From: a bacterium
GTDB taxonomy: Bacteria > Electryoneota > JAOADG01
DNA length: 64,000 nt
Direction: 5' to 3'
NCBI GenBank assembly: GCA_963681965.1
Contig: OY820579.1
Location: 2,048,001 to 2,112,000, forward strand
Part shown: positions 9,007 through 19,479 of the stretch, piece by piece
Position numbering within the stretch: the first letter of the stretch is position 1
Layout of the letters: every line of letters begins with the position of its first letter
Program-made: the position numbers and the translations under genes
Notes under the pieces: model-generated
Told to the model about the DNA's origin: nothing
Databases searched by the model: none
What the model saw: the letters and a program-made list of their open reading frames with translations, nothing else

Positions 9007-10188
9007 TTATTCCAGCCATCCGTAATCTCGCAAAACCAATTTTGTGGCTTTTGGTAACGGAATTTGCTTGATTTTATTTCGATCGATCCAACTTATTTTT
9101 TCCGCCGAATGGGGGGTGAGAGTACCACCGGCAGTTTTGACTACAAACGGGTGAAGTCGAATTCGAAAATGCGTAAAGGCATGACGAATCGGTTTCAACC
9201 CTTTTTCTACGATTACATCAAGTCCGGTTTCCTCGCGGTACTCGCGTACCACAGCCAATTCCGGGGTTTCATCTGCTTCCAATTTGCCTCCCGGTAGTTC
9301 CCACAAACCACCCAGGAAGCCATCTTTTTTCCGCAATCCCATCAGAATGCGGTCCTGCTCAACTAAAATTCCAATTGCAATATCGATTAATGGTGCATCC
9401 ACCTTTCGTCGTGGTGGTGGAAACTCGTCAACTTTTTTGTTCTCATGCGCTTTGCATGTACCCATCAAAGGACATTGCTCGCAATTCGGAACACCCGGTA
9501 AACAAACCGTTGCACCCAGTTCCATCAGCGCTTCTACCGCATCCGGTGTCGATTCCGGATCCAGTAACGATTGCAAGATCATGCGATAACTTGCCGGTGC
9601 ATTGCGATCAGTGTACGATACCGGAACCATCAACCAACGCGATACTACCCGTGCGATGTTGCCATCGACTGCAATCGCCGGCTTCCGATATGCAAATGCG
9701 ACGATCGCTGCCGCAGTATAATCGCCGATTCCCGCCAAGTGTTTTAAATCATTCTCGTCTTGCGGGAAAACACCCTGATACTCGGTTACAATCTGCCGTG
9801 CGGTTTGGTGAATCATCCGTGCCCGTGAATAATATCCCAAACCTTCCCAAGTCTTTAGCACTTCTTCCAATTCGGCATTCGCTAACTTTTCGACATCGGG
9901 AAACCGTTGCATCCATCGTTCGAAAAAAGGAATGACCGTACTTACCCGTGTTTGTTGCAGCATAATTTCGCTGATCCAAACCCGGTACGGTGTTCGATTC
10001 TTGCGCCACGGCATCGCCCGAGCGAATGTTCGAAACCAGGGAATCAATTCTGTCTGAATTGCCGTTCGATAATGCGAAAGATCCTGTGGCAGCACATCGA
10101 TCGAAGTAGTTTCTTTTACCGACAGATCGATTTTACTGCGTTGACTTCGACTTGATTGCTGCTTTATTCCAACCGGTTTTCGATACAT
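9007..10188 (-). CDS. mutY: A/G-specific adenine glycosylase MutY with C-terminal Nudix domain
   Basis: PYRVWISEIMLQQT, WEGLGYYSRAR, GIGDYTA, VDGNIARV, 4Fe-4S motif CLPGVPNCEQCPLMGTC; start uncertain. Confidence 0.95.
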   Translation of the reverse strand: MYRKPVGIKQQSSRSQRSKIDLSVKETTSIDVLPQDLSHYRTAIQTELIPWFRTFARAMPWRKNRTPYRVWISEIMLQQTRVSTVIPFFERWMQRFPDVEKLANAELEEVLKTWEGLGYYSRARMIHQTARQIVTEYQGVFPQDENDLKHLAGIGDYTAAAIVAFAYRKPAIAVDGNIARVVSRWLMVPVSYTDRNAPASYRMILQSLLDPESTPDAVEALMELGATVCLPGVPNCEQCPLMGTCKAHENKKVDEFPPPRRKVDAPLIDIAIGILVEQDRILMGLRKKDGFLGGLWELPGGKLEADETPELAVVREYREETGLDVIVEKGLKPIRHAFTHFRIRLHPFVVKTAGGTLTPHSAEKISWIDRNKIKQIPLPKATKLVLRDYGWLE

Positions 10189-10435
10189 GAATATCTTGTG
10201 AATAGAGTAAATCTGTCCGATACGGGAATACACAAAAAACCCGTCATCGAAACAATTCGATCGGTTCGAATGCATCATGTAAGTAGGAACGAATCGCCAT
10301 TCCCAAACGGGAATGATTTTCGCGGAAGGTATGATTGGAAACCTGAGAACGATTGATTTTACTCTTGGGTTTCCATTATATGATATTCAGTCGATTTCGT
10401 GACTTACAAAAAAAGAATTTGTTGAGTTGAATTAA

Positions 10436-11566
10436 TTAACTTCCCGTAGCAATTGTCAACATTCGATCTAGAGCAACTTTAGACATTTGTTTGACACTAT
10501 CGCTAACTCGAATTTGATTGGTAATCTTTCCTTGAACAAGACCTTCCAATATCTCTGCCAAATCGATCGGATCGATCCGGGTCATGGTTGCGCAATTACA
10601 TGTTGTAAACGCAAGATTGGAAATTTTCAAACAGTCGCGAAATCGTTTTTGTAACCTTCCTACCAAATGATATTCTGTACCGATCGCCCACAGCGAGCCT
10701 GCTTCATTTTCGGCAGCCCGCTCGATCATCTTGATAATATAATCTGTCGAACCTGCAAAATCCGATTGTTGAACCACCTCATATCGACATTCGGGGTGGA
10801 CAATTACGTTAATATTCGGGTAATTCGTTCGAAAATAGTCAATATGTGCCGGGATAAAACGTTGATGAACGGAACAATATCCCCGCCAAAGTACGATGGG
10901 TGCCCGGTCAATTGCCCCGTTTTTCACACCACCATTCGGTTGTAATGGATCCCAAACCACCATGTTTTCCAGTGGAACACCAAGTTTATACGCCGTATTT
11001 CGACCTAAATGCTCATCGGGTATAAATAAAATGCGACGACGTTGCTGCCACGCCCATTTCAGCGCTGCTTGGGCATTCGACGATGTGCAGACTGCTCCGC
11101 CATGTTCACCGCAAAATGCTTTGATTTCGGCAGAGGAATTCATGTAAGTCAAGGGTAACGGTTCTTCGCCAGTTACTTCGGTGATATACCGGTAAGCGCG
11201 TTTCACTTGGCTGAAATTCGCCATGTCTGCCATTGAACAGCCCGCAGACAAGTCAGGGAGGATAACCGCTTGATGAGAATCGGTCAGAATATCGGCAGTC
11301 TCAGCCATGAAATGAACACCGCAAAACACCACAAATTCAGCGTCGCGTTCGTTTGCAGCATGCACCGAGAGTCCATAGGAATCGCCGGTTCGATCGGCAA
11401 ATGCGATTACTTCGTCGCGCTGGTAATGGTGTCCAAGGATCAGGACTCGCTTTCCCAGCTTCGCTTTAGCAGTAGCAATGCGATCCAATACACTGGGATC
11501 CGTATCGATTGAATCGGTCGGGGTCCAAATATCCGCGTTTACTTCTGTGTCTGTTACGGTCGACAT
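10436..11566 (-). CDS. nadA: Quinolinate synthase A
   Basis: ILGHHYQRDEV, FCGVHFMAETA, AGCSMADMA, CTSSNA, GYCSVHQRF, HPEC, CNCATM. Confidence 0.95.
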   Translation of the reverse strand: MSTVTDTEVNADIWTPTDSIDTDPSVLDRIATAKAKLGKRVLILGHHYQRDEVIAFADRTGDSYGLSVHAANERDAEFVVFCGVHFMAETADILTDSHQAVILPDLSAGCSMADMANFSQVKRAYRYITEVTGEEPLPLTYMNSSAEIKAFCGEHGGAVCTSSNAQAALKWAWQQRRRILFIPDEHLGRNTAYKLGVPLENMVVWDPLQPNGGVKNGAIDRAPIVLWRGYCSVHQRFIPAHIDYFRTNYPNINVIVHPECRYEVVQQSDFAGSTDYIIKMIERAAENEAGSLWAIGTEYHLVGRLQKRFRDCLKISNLAFTTCNCATMTRIDPIDLAEILEGLVQGKITNQIRVSDSVKQMSKVALDRMLTIATGS

Positions 11567-11660
11567 GACTAATTCTCTATAAATCCTGCTACTAGCTTAA
11601 CTCTATTACGAAAGTTGTCTAACGGTACAGAATGTACTACGAAACCATTTCGAACGAAAA

Positions 11661-12614
11661 TTATCGATTTTTTTGGCTTCGGGGATGGTGTGTTTGCACA
11701 ATTGTATTCAGATAATCACGGTTGAGATGCGTATAAATCACTGTCGTGTCGATCGAAACATGACCAAGCAGTTCCTGAATCGAGCGTAAATCGACCCCAT
11801 TGGAAAGCAGGTGAGTAGCGAACGAGTGCCGAAACGTATGCAGTGAAGCACGTCCTTTCGGAAGTACTTCGAGTATGTATGCCATACAGATTTTTGTGAT
11901 TCCGTCGCGTGTCAGCTTACAACCACGGTGACTCAAAAATACCCCGATATTGGGTGCTAATTGACGGCTGCGAAGCGATTTCCGTTTTTCCCACTGCCCG
12001 GCAAATTCCGGTCGACCCTCTTGGAGCCAATTCTTCATCCAATGGGCTGCTTCACCCACCAAGGGCACCATCCGTTCTTTCGATCCTTTGCCGAAGTATA
12101 AAACATACCCTTCGTCGAGAAACACCCGATTGATATCCAATTTGACCAGATCGCTTACGCGCGCACCAGTTCCGTACAATAGCTCTAACATTGCCCGGTC
12201 GCGAAGTCCGGCGGTATTCGAAACATCGGGGCGATCAAGGATTTTTCCCACTTCGACGGGCGTGAGCACTTTCGGTAACGGACGGCGATGAGTCGGAGTA
12301 GCTGCTGCTTCCGCCGGATTCCGCTTGCCCAAACGCATCCGCAGTTGCCAGTTGTAGAACGTTCGTAGTGCCGAAAGACGCCGTTGAATCGTACTTCGCT
12401 CTAGCGGGAGAACAGCTTCGGTTCCCGCTTGCCATTCAAGTAAGATCGCTTCGATTTGTTCGGTTGAGATAGTATCGATCGAGAAATTAGTCGCAGTTAT
12501 CGCCTTCGCCCACGCGGTGAGATCGCTTTCGTATGCCGATACGGTTGCAGCACTTGCCCCCTCAATTAAAAGGGCTTCGGTAAAGTCGTGAAAACACTGT
12601 TCAGTGTAATTCAT
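11661..12614 (-). CDS. xerD: Tyrosine recombinase XerD-like
   Basis: LRDRAMLELLYGTGARVS, GKGSKERMVP, HTFRHSFATHLL, QELLGH...TTVIYTH, C-terminal HPR. Confidence 0.85.
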   Translation of the reverse strand: MNYTEQCFHDFTEALLIEGASAATVSAYESDLTAWAKAITATNFSIDTISTEQIEAILLEWQAGTEAVLPLERSTIQRRLSALRTFYNWQLRMRLGKRNPAEAAATPTHRRPLPKVLTPVEVGKILDRPDVSNTAGLRDRAMLELLYGTGARVSDLVKLDINRVFLDEGYVLYFGKGSKERMVPLVGEAAHWMKNWLQEGRPEFAGQWEKRKSLRSRQLAPNIGVFLSHRGCKLTRDGITKICMAYILEVLPKGRASLHTFRHSFATHLLSNGVDLRSIQELLGHVSIDTTVIYTHLNRDYLNTIVQTHHPRSQKNR

Positions 12615-12640
12615 CGGTAGTTTTTTTAAAGATCTCGCGA

Positions 12641-13333
12641 TCAGTCTACTAGACCTTCGCGGATCGCGATCCCTTCGTCGACTAAAAACGGATTGGTCTT
12701 CCGTTCCTTGCCTACCGTTGTCATTGGACCGTGTCCGGGAAGTACCATCGTTTTGTCGGGAAGTGTCAGAATCTGCTCGTCGATCGATCGCCAGAGTGAT
12801 TCCGGATCGCCACCCGGAAGATCGGTTCGACCTACGCTACCAGCAAACAGGACATCGCCTACAATCAAGAAATCAGGTCGGTAAATAAGGACTTCTCCGG
12901 TTGTATGTCCGGGAGCGTGGCGAATTTCAAAATCAAGTTCACCTAGCGTGACAATTTCACCATCACTCAACAGTTTGTCGGCAACCGGTGAGGTCATCGG
13001 TGGCCCATAGGCAAATGAGAGATTTTTTCCGGCATCGGTCAGCATCGGAGCATCTTTCTCCGGTGCCCAGATCGGAAGCTGAAGGGTTTCTTTCAACGCC
13101 CGATTAGCACCGATATGATCCGCGTGACCATGGGTATTGATGATTGCAGTTGGCGTTAATTGCAATTTTTCTATGAATTTCAAAATTAATACCGGATCGC
13201 TTCCCGGATCGACAATCCAACATTTTTGGCTCTGTCGTTCAACGATGAAATAGCAGTTGACTTCCAACATCCCAACCACTTTGCAGAAGACTGCACAATG
13301 CTCGTCGAGATAGATGGCATGTTTGTCAACCAT
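12641..13333 (-). CDS. MBL-fold metallo-hydrolase (glyoxalase II/YcbL-like)
   Basis: THGHADHIG, APGHT, GDVLFAGSVGRTDLPGG, PGHGPMTT. Confidence 0.9.
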   Translation of the reverse strand: MVDKHAIYLDEHCAVFCKVVGMLEVNCYFIVERQSQKCWIVDPGSDPVLILKFIEKLQLTPTAIINTHGHADHIGANRALKETLQLPIWAPEKDAPMLTDAGKNLSFAYGPPMTSPVADKLLSDGEIVTLGELDFEIRHAPGHTTGEVLIYRPDFLIVGDVLFAGSVGRTDLPGGDPESLWRSIDEQILTLPDKTMVLPGHGPMTTVGKERKTNPFLVDEGIAIREGLVD

Positions 13334-13994
13334 TTTTTACCGCCATCCGCAATGCTAATAAATTGGATTGAATATTCCCTTTGAACACCGCTGTACCGGC
13401 GACCAGAACTTCAGCCCCAGCTTCAACAACGTGCTTAATCGTATCGGTGTTGATTCCACCATCAACCTCAATCAGGTAGTGAAATCCGTGTTTCTCTTTC
13501 CATTCGTGTAGCGTCTTGATTTTTTGCACAGAATGATGAATAAACTTTTGTGCACCCCAACCCGGATTCACTGACATCACCAAAATTAAGTCGACATCAC
13601 CGATGATATTGGTCAAAGTTTCGACTGGTGTGGCAGGATTTACCGATACTCCCGCTTTCATTCCAGCAGCTTTGATCTGTTGAATAACCCGGTGGAGGTG
13701 GGGACAGGCTTCGTAATGAACGGTTAGATAATCGGAACCGGCTTCGGCAAAAGCATCGACCTGTCGGTCCGGTTCGACAATCATCAAATGAGTGTCAATG
13801 ATCTGATTAGTCGACTTCCGGACAGCCCGACAAATCCCATCGCCGAATGTAATCGGTGGAACGAATCGACCATCCATCACATCAAGATGGATCCAGTCGG
13901 ATCCACCGTCGACCGCTTCATTCACTTGCTGTTCCAATTGCGTAAAATCGGCTGACAACAAAGATGCGGCAATCAGAATTTCAGATTCAGGCAT
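13326..13994 (-). CDS. rpe: Ribulose-phosphate 3-epimerase
   Basis: SLLSADF, HLDVMDG, DTHLMI, MSVNPG, VDGGIN, VAGTAVF. Confidence 0.96.
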   Translation of the reverse strand: MPESEILIAASLLSADFTQLEQQVNEAVDGGSDWIHLDVMDGRFVPPITFGDGICRAVRKSTNQIIDTHLMIVEPDRQVDAFAEAGSDYLTVHYEACPHLHRVIQQIKAAGMKAGVSVNPATPVETLTNIIGDVDLILVMSVNPGWGAQKFIHHSVQKIKTLHEWKEKHGFHYLIEVDGGINTDTIKHVVEAGAEVLVAGTAVFKGNIQSNLLALRMAVKNG

Positions 13995-14070
13995 ATCGAT
14001 GACTCTTTTATAGGAATAAACAATTCTTAGTAATCTTCACAGGTGCAATGTCGTTTTGAACGTGTGGGTA

Positions 14071-14817
14071 TTACTTCCCGCTGGAAATGATTAATTCCAC
14101 TCCGGTGTTATTTTCTACGACCGTACCGGGAGGTGGATTCTGCCGGATGACATGCCCTTCGGGAATGTTCAAATTTCGCTCGAAACTAGCGTCAAGCATT
14201 GTTGCATTGGACTGTTTCAACGCTTTCTTGGCATGATCGAGCGTCAATCCTGTCAAGTCGGGAATAATCGTTTTACCCGGTTCAGGTCCTTTGGACAACA
14301 TGATTTTTACTATTGTCGAAGGTCGAACCATGGTGCCGGCGGAAGGTTCCTGACGGGTAATAAAACCGGGAGCAACCAGATCGCTGTATTCAAATTCCGG
14401 ATCGCCGCCTGCCAGATCTAATCCGAGATCTTCTAATTTCAATGTTGCTTCGCGAGGGGATAATTCGAAGAGACTTAGCATCGGTACTTGTGCATCGCGC
14501 GCGGCTACCGTTACGAAGATTGTCCGTCCCGGTTTCGCATTCGTTCCGAATGCCGGACGCTGTTCGACGACGGTCTCAGGAAGCTGTTTGCCGTCGGGGC
14601 GAGCACGCTCCCGCACCACTTCGAAACCATACCGCTCGGCTGCGGCAGTGGCAACGTATAATGGCGATCCAACCAGGTTCGGTACCGGGGTTTCGTTGAA
14701 TTTCCGCGTATACAGCGGCATCAACAACCGGTCGAACACTAAAAACAAAACAGCCCAAGTCATGACGAAAATCGCTACTCGGGCTGCTGTTCTGCCAATT
14801 TTATTGCGAATAATCAT
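14071..14817 (-). CDS. Membrane-anchored PASTA-repeat protein without kinase domain
   Basis: N-terminal TM followed by three PASTA-like repeats (VPNLVG..., IPDLTGLTL...VIRQNPPPGT). Confidence 0.82.
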   Translation of the reverse strand: MIIRNKIGRTAARVAIFVMTWAVLFLVFDRLLMPLYTRKFNETPVPNLVGSPLYVATAAAERYGFEVVRERARPDGKQLPETVVEQRPAFGTNAKPGRTIFVTVAARDAQVPMLSLFELSPREATLKLEDLGLDLAGGDPEFEYSDLVAPGFITRQEPSAGTMVRPSTIVKIMLSKGPEPGKTIIPDLTGLTLDHAKKALKQSNATMLDASFERNLNIPEGHVIRQNPPPGTVVENNTGVELIISSGK

Positions 14818-16226
14818 TCTACTCGCTTGATTAACCGCGCAAGGAACATTCCACCGAATTTATCGCGCGGCGGCCAGCTCTTCCACATACCATCACCAAC
14901 TTTGAAGTCGGGAAGCTTGTCGTCGCCGGTTTCAAGATAAAAATCCGGGTGCCGTTCAATGAACGCTTGAATTTGTTGTTCGTTTTCATCCAGCTCGAGG
15001 GAACAGGTAGAATATACCAAACGTCCACCCGGTTTTAATAATGCTGCGGCATGGTCAAGTAATTCCGCTTGCAACTTAATCAGGTCGTGTAAGTCATTTT
15101 CTTGACGTCGCCAGCGTAAATCCGCCCGCGAAGCCATCACTCCGGTGCCGCTGCAGGGTACGTCGGTCAGAATGGCATCGAACAACTCCCCTTCAAACTG
15201 CCGACCGTCAAGCAAAACCGTCTCGATAATCGTCAATCCGAGCCGTTTGATCCCATCATTGACCAATTCCAGCCGCTTCTCCGAGACATCGACAGCGGTA
15301 ATACGCCCATCATTTTTCATTCGTTCAGCGATTTGCGTGGTTTTTCCACCCGGAGCCGAACAGAGGTCGAGCACGCGTTCCCCCGGTTGCGGATCCAAAA
15401 CATGAACCGGTAGCCCGCTACCGAGATCCTGAACCGTACACTTACCATCGACCAAGGGACTCCAACCCCGCAACCGAACTCTGCCGACCAATTCGACAAA
15501 TTCCGGCAACATCTTCGAGCGTTGCGCTTCCACCCCTTCCGATTCAAGGATTTGCATGAAATCGTCAACGGTTGTCTTCAACGTATTAACGCGAACCCAG
15601 AGGGGAGCTGGTGATTGATTCCATTCCAACAATTCGCGAGTCTTGGCTTCGCCAAAGGTGTCGATCCACCGCTTTACCAACCAGACAGGATGGGAGTACT
15701 CAGTTGCCAATTCGTCGGCAATTGTCGATGCCGGTACTGGCGGTGGTTCTGTCGATTGAGCACTGCGCAGCAAGGCATTGGTCAATCTGGCAGCGCCTTC
15801 GCCGTACTTCGCCCGCGCCATTTCTACGGCTTCGAACACGACTGCATACGCCGGAACTTTATCGAGGAACTTCAACCCGTAAAGCCCCATCAGCAAATGC
15901 CAGCGGAAATCCGGGCGGAGCCGCATCAACGGTCCCTGATACAAACTTCCCAGCCATGCTTCCAGTGTCGAACGCTGGCGTAAAACACCGCTGCACCATT
16001 CGGTGGCGAGGGCACGGTCCTGATCCGATAAATCCATATCGGTAAAGACGCGGCTCAATCGCACCGATAACGGTGGTCCCGGCTTTTCGATTTTAGTCAA
16101 TACGTCCATTGCAGCCAATCGTGCACGTGCGCGATGTGAGCGGTCTACGCCCGGGGTCGCTGCGCGCGGCGGCGGGCGCCCCTTGTCGCCGGATGCATTT
16201 GGGTTTCCAGTTGATCGGTCTTCCAT
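14814..16226 (-). CDS. rsmB: 16S rRNA m5C967 methyltransferase RsmB (NusB-like N-terminal domain)
   Basis: LWVRVNTLK, VQD, DLCSAPGGKT, DVPCSGTG, YSTCSLELDENE; GGGGG SD before ATG 16226; near fmt. Confidence 0.93.
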   Translation of the reverse strand: MEDRSTGNPNASGDKGRPPPRAATPGVDRSHRARARLAAMDVLTKIEKPGPPLSVRLSRVFTDMDLSDQDRALATEWCSGVLRQRSTLEAWLGSLYQGPLMRLRPDFRWHLLMGLYGLKFLDKVPAYAVVFEAVEMARAKYGEGAARLTNALLRSAQSTEPPPVPASTIADELATEYSHPVWLVKRWIDTFGEAKTRELLEWNQSPAPLWVRVNTLKTTVDDFMQILESEGVEAQRSKMLPEFVELVGRVRLRGWSPLVDGKCTVQDLGSGLPVHVLDPQPGERVLDLCSAPGGKTTQIAERMKNDGRITAVDVSEKRLELVNDGIKRLGLTIIETVLLDGRQFEGELFDAILTDVPCSGTGVMASRADLRWRRQENDLHDLIKLQAELLDHAAALLKPGGRLVYSTCSLELDENEQQIQAFIERHPDFYLETGDDKLPDFKVGDGMWKSWPPRDKFGGMFLARLIKRVE

Positions 16227-16269
16227 AGTTGTATCCCCCTTGAATTGGTGGTGGTGTTTGATGCGGTCG

Positions 16270-16953
16270 TCAGTCTTCACGACCTCTGATAAATAACAAT
16301 TGTATCAGTTGCAGAAGTGCCATCAACGCTGCTGCAACATAAGTCCAAGCGGCGGCATTCAATACTTTTTTCGCTCCGGTGAGTTCGTCACTCGCCAGAT
16401 AGCCGCCATTATTCAATTGAACCATCGCTCGACGCGAGGCATCGAATTCGACCGGTAACGTGACAATATGAAACAAAACGGCAAAACTGAATAACGCGAT
16501 GCCGATATCAATGAGCCACGGTAGTTGTACGAGCATTCCGATTAGAAACATCGGCATCATTAGACTGCTGCCTAAATTTGCCGGTCCGAGCAACGCATGC
16601 CGGAATTTCAAAAATGCATAGGAATTGCTATGCTGAATAGCGTGTCCGCACTCGTGAGCCGCCACACCTATTGCCGCCAGCGACGAGCTGTCGTATATCC
16701 CCTCCGACAGTCGGACAGAACGGTCCCGCGGGTCGTAATGATCGGTCAGCGATCCTTCGACTGCTTCCACTTGAACATCGCGCAAACCATTCTGATCTAA
16801 TATCTTGCGAGCAGCCTGAGCACCAGTTAATCCGGCATAGGATCGAACTTCAGACATCGATTGATACGCCGATTTCACCCGCATTTGCGCCCAGAATGCC
16901 AGAGCCAGCGCCGGGAGAACAATCAGCATCGACGAATCGAAAAACGGCAACAT
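16270..16953 (-). CDS. Membrane zinc metallopeptidase (YugP-like)
   Basis: LTDHYDP, AAHECGHAIQH, TLPVEFDASRRA, AAAWTYVAA. Confidence 0.9.
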   Translation of the reverse strand: MLPFFDSSMLIVLPALALAFWAQMRVKSAYQSMSEVRSYAGLTGAQAARKILDQNGLRDVQVEAVEGSLTDHYDPRDRSVRLSEGIYDSSSLAAIGVAAHECGHAIQHSNSYAFLKFRHALLGPANLGSSLMMPMFLIGMLVQLPWLIDIGIALFSFAVLFHIVTLPVEFDASRRAMVQLNNGGYLASDELTGAKKVLNAAAWTYVAAALMALLQLIQLLFIRGRED

Positions 16954-17043
16954 TTCAAACCTTCTGAAAAAATCGAGAGTTCGAACCAATCAAGTAGAAC
17001 TAATCAGTTGCAAACACTCTGATATATATACGAGAATCGAAAC

Positions 17044-18000
17044 TTAAATTGAGTCTAAATTGGTCTGGAATTGTTTTCCATTCCAGTTGGCGATCCCCCG
17101 AGCGAACTCCATGCCACATAGTGGGCGCTTGCCTTCACGCGCAGCTTCGACGATCTCTAGCCAACCCGCGCCAGTCGCTACATAGCAACCCCGCTTATCG
17201 ACTAGAATTGTTCCGGGATTCGCGCTCTCCGATCGATCGATTTCTTTTACCCGATACAATAACACGCGCGTTTCACCGAGTTTAGTAGTAGCACACGGTT
17301 CCGGTGAAAGAGCATGAATGTGACGCCGGATACTTTCCGCTGTTTGCGTCCAATCGATCCAACGCTCTACTTGCTTGATTTTTGGTGCCGGAGTCGCTTC
17401 ACCGAGTGGTTGAGTCATCGGAACCAACCGCTCCTCTGCGAGTCCTACTAGCGCCTCAATCAATAAATCGGCACCGATCGGTGCAAACCGTTGAAAAAGA
17501 TCACCAGATGTATCCTTGGGCGAAACCGGAAGTGTTTTGCTTAATACAATCTTACCGGTATCGACACCGCGATCCAGCAAAAATACGGTCAAGCCAGTTT
17601 CTTGGTCGCCATTCCAAACCGAACGTTGAATCGGAGCTGCACCACGATACTTTGGTAATAACGAACCGTGCAGGTTGAGAGTTCCCCGCTTCGGTGCCGC
17701 GTATACCGCTTCCGGTAGAATTCGCCATGCGACGATAATCCCAAAATCCGGAGCGACTTCATTGATCTTATCTACTAGTGCCGGATCTTTCGGTGAATCG
17801 GTTTCGAACACCGGTAGACCTAATTTCGCGGCACAATCGGCAACTATTGTCGGTACTAATGAATGTCGACCGCGTGGTTTGGCAACACCGGTCACCACCA
17901 ATTTGATCGCAAATCGATTGTCGGAAGCCAGTGCTGTCAGTACATCCGCAGCAATTTGCGGTGTTCCGAAAAAGACAATTTCGAGTGGTTTCTGTGACAT
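17044..18000 (-). CDS. fmt: Methionyl-tRNA formyltransferase
   Basis: FFGTP, NLHGSLLPKYRGAAPIQ, DTG, APKI. Confidence 0.95.
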   Translation of the reverse strand: MSQKPLEIVFFGTPQIAADVLTALASDNRFAIKLVVTGVAKPRGRHSLVPTIVADCAAKLGLPVFETDSPKDPALVDKINEVAPDFGIIVAWRILPEAVYAAPKRGTLNLHGSLLPKYRGAAPIQRSVWNGDQETGLTVFLLDRGVDTGKIVLSKTLPVSPKDTSGDLFQRFAPIGADLLIEALVGLAEERLVPMTQPLGEATPAPKIKQVERWIDWTQTAESIRRHIHALSPEPCATTKLGETRVLLYRVKEIDRSESANPGTILVDKRGCYVATGAGWLEIVEAAREGKRPLCGMEFARGIANWNGKQFQTNLDSI

Positions 18001-18298
18001 ATTTACTTCTTTTAGAATTGGGAACCCGGTACAGTCACCGATTTCTTGTTATCGTTATTGATAAGTACGATTCGAATTTCTGAACGTGTCAAGAAAGGAA
18101 ATTTGACAACCAGATTGATTTCCTATCACACTGAAATTAGTTGTCAAAAAAGTTCTGCCAATATGCATCTAGGTCAGATTGCAATGCAATCATGTAAATT
18201 ACATTATCTACTTCCAAATCGCGAATGAAAGTCGCAAATTTGATCAAGTATTTCCTCGCTACAATCGCTATTCTATGTACAACAACATTGGAGACGAC

Positions 18299-19195
18299 GT
18301 GCGCACTACTACCGAGCAATCTTACCGAAAAGCGTTATTGCGGGTGTTAATTCATCTTCAGCGCTACCTCGACGATCCGGTCGATCATGCCGAATTGTCG
18401 GAAATTGCCGGATTCTCGCCGTTTCATTTTCACCGGATCTTTTCGGGGATGATGGGCGAATCGGTTTCCGATCACATCCGTAGAATTCGCTTGGAGCGTG
18501 CTGCGGGACGGTTGGTGCTGTCCGATGAATCGGTGACGCAACTGGCATTCGAAGCTGGTTATGAATCGCTCGAAGCGTTTATTCGCATTTTTCGCGAGAT
18601 GTTCGGTTGTTCCCCGACGCAATTTCGGAAACGTCGTCGACGTGCATTGTATCCTAGTCATCCGACCGGTATTCATTACCGACCGTCGGGTGAATTAAAG
18701 AATATTCGATCGATAGAAAGCGGAGGAAATATTATGGAAGTGAATATAGTCGATTTGGAACCGATGGAGGTCTTATTTGTCCGGCATACCGGACCGTATC
18801 ACACCGTCGGAGCATCATGGGAGAAGCTTTGTGGATGGGCTGGACCGTTGGGTTTGTTGGGTCGAAACACCAAATTTATTGGTTTGGCTTACGATGATCC
18901 GATGATTACACCGCCGGAGAAAATTCGCTGCGATGTATGCATCACTCTGGATCACAAAGTGAATCCGGTCGGCGAATTTGGCGTCCAGACGATCCCGGCG
19001 GGTAAATATGCGATGGCGCTCCATCGTGGACCGTATGAGAACTTCAATGACACCTATAAATCGATTTGCGGTGAGTGGATTCCGAAAAACGGGAAGCGAA
19101 TCAAATCGCTGCCCAGTATCGAGATCTATCTGAATCATCCTGATCAGACCAAACCCGAAGATCTCTTAACCGAAGTCTATATTCCAATCGAATAA
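18299..19195 (+). CDS. AraC-family regulator with C-terminal GyrI-like domain
   Basis: AGFSPFHFHRIF...RLERAA...GYESLEAFIRIF HTH, then GyrI-like domain (HRGPY, EIYLN). GTG start at 18299 after GGAG; the ORF extends upstream to 18179. Confidence 0.9.
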   Translation: MRTTTEQSYRKALLRVLIHLQRYLDDPVDHAELSEIAGFSPFHFHRIFSGMMGESVSDHIRRIRLERAAGRLVLSDESVTQLAFEAGYESLEAFIRIFREMFGCSPTQFRKRRRRALYPSHPTGIHYRPSGELKNIRSIESGGNIMEVNIVDLEPMEVLFVRHTGPYHTVGASWEKLCGWAGPLGLLGRNTKFIGLAYDDPMITPPEKIRCDVCITLDHKVNPVGEFGVQTIPAGKYAMALHRGPYENFNDTYKSICGEWIPKNGKRIKSLPSIEIYLNHPDQTKPEDLLTEVYIPIE

Positions 19196-19233
19196 GATCA
19201 TTCTCGAATTAAGATCCTGCTTGATTAAAGATG

Positions 19234-19253
19234 GGAGGGCTCTCACGCCCTCC
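19234..19253 (+). terminator. Hairpin after the first AraC gene (terminator or REP-derived)
   Basis: GGAGGGC-tctcac-GCCCTCC; the stem resembles the REP at 41352. Confidence 0.4.
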
Positions 19254-19479
19254 TGTTCTAATTTCTGAATGTTTCTAATTGCACGAACTGCTCTCGGTTG
19301 ATTTTCAATTGAATTGCCGAACACCATTGAGGGCAATTAGGTCGACAGATTGCAAGGTCGAAAATTATATTGTAATCGGTGGATCGACCATCGATACTGG
19401 CGCAGACCGGAATCGCAACCGCGGTCAAGAAATCGAGTGACTGCCATGAGTATCTTGTTATTGTGAAGGAGGAACACTG

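Noticed and set aside
11661-12614. Tyrosine recombinase as a prophage or island integrase
   Set aside because: XerD-type size and motifs, housekeeping neighbours, and no att repeats, tRNA or phage genes seen.
18087-18147. TGTCAA/TTGACA inverted hexamers between fmt and the AraC gene
   Set aside because: They may be divergent -35 boxes, but no convincing -10 at proper spacing, so not called.
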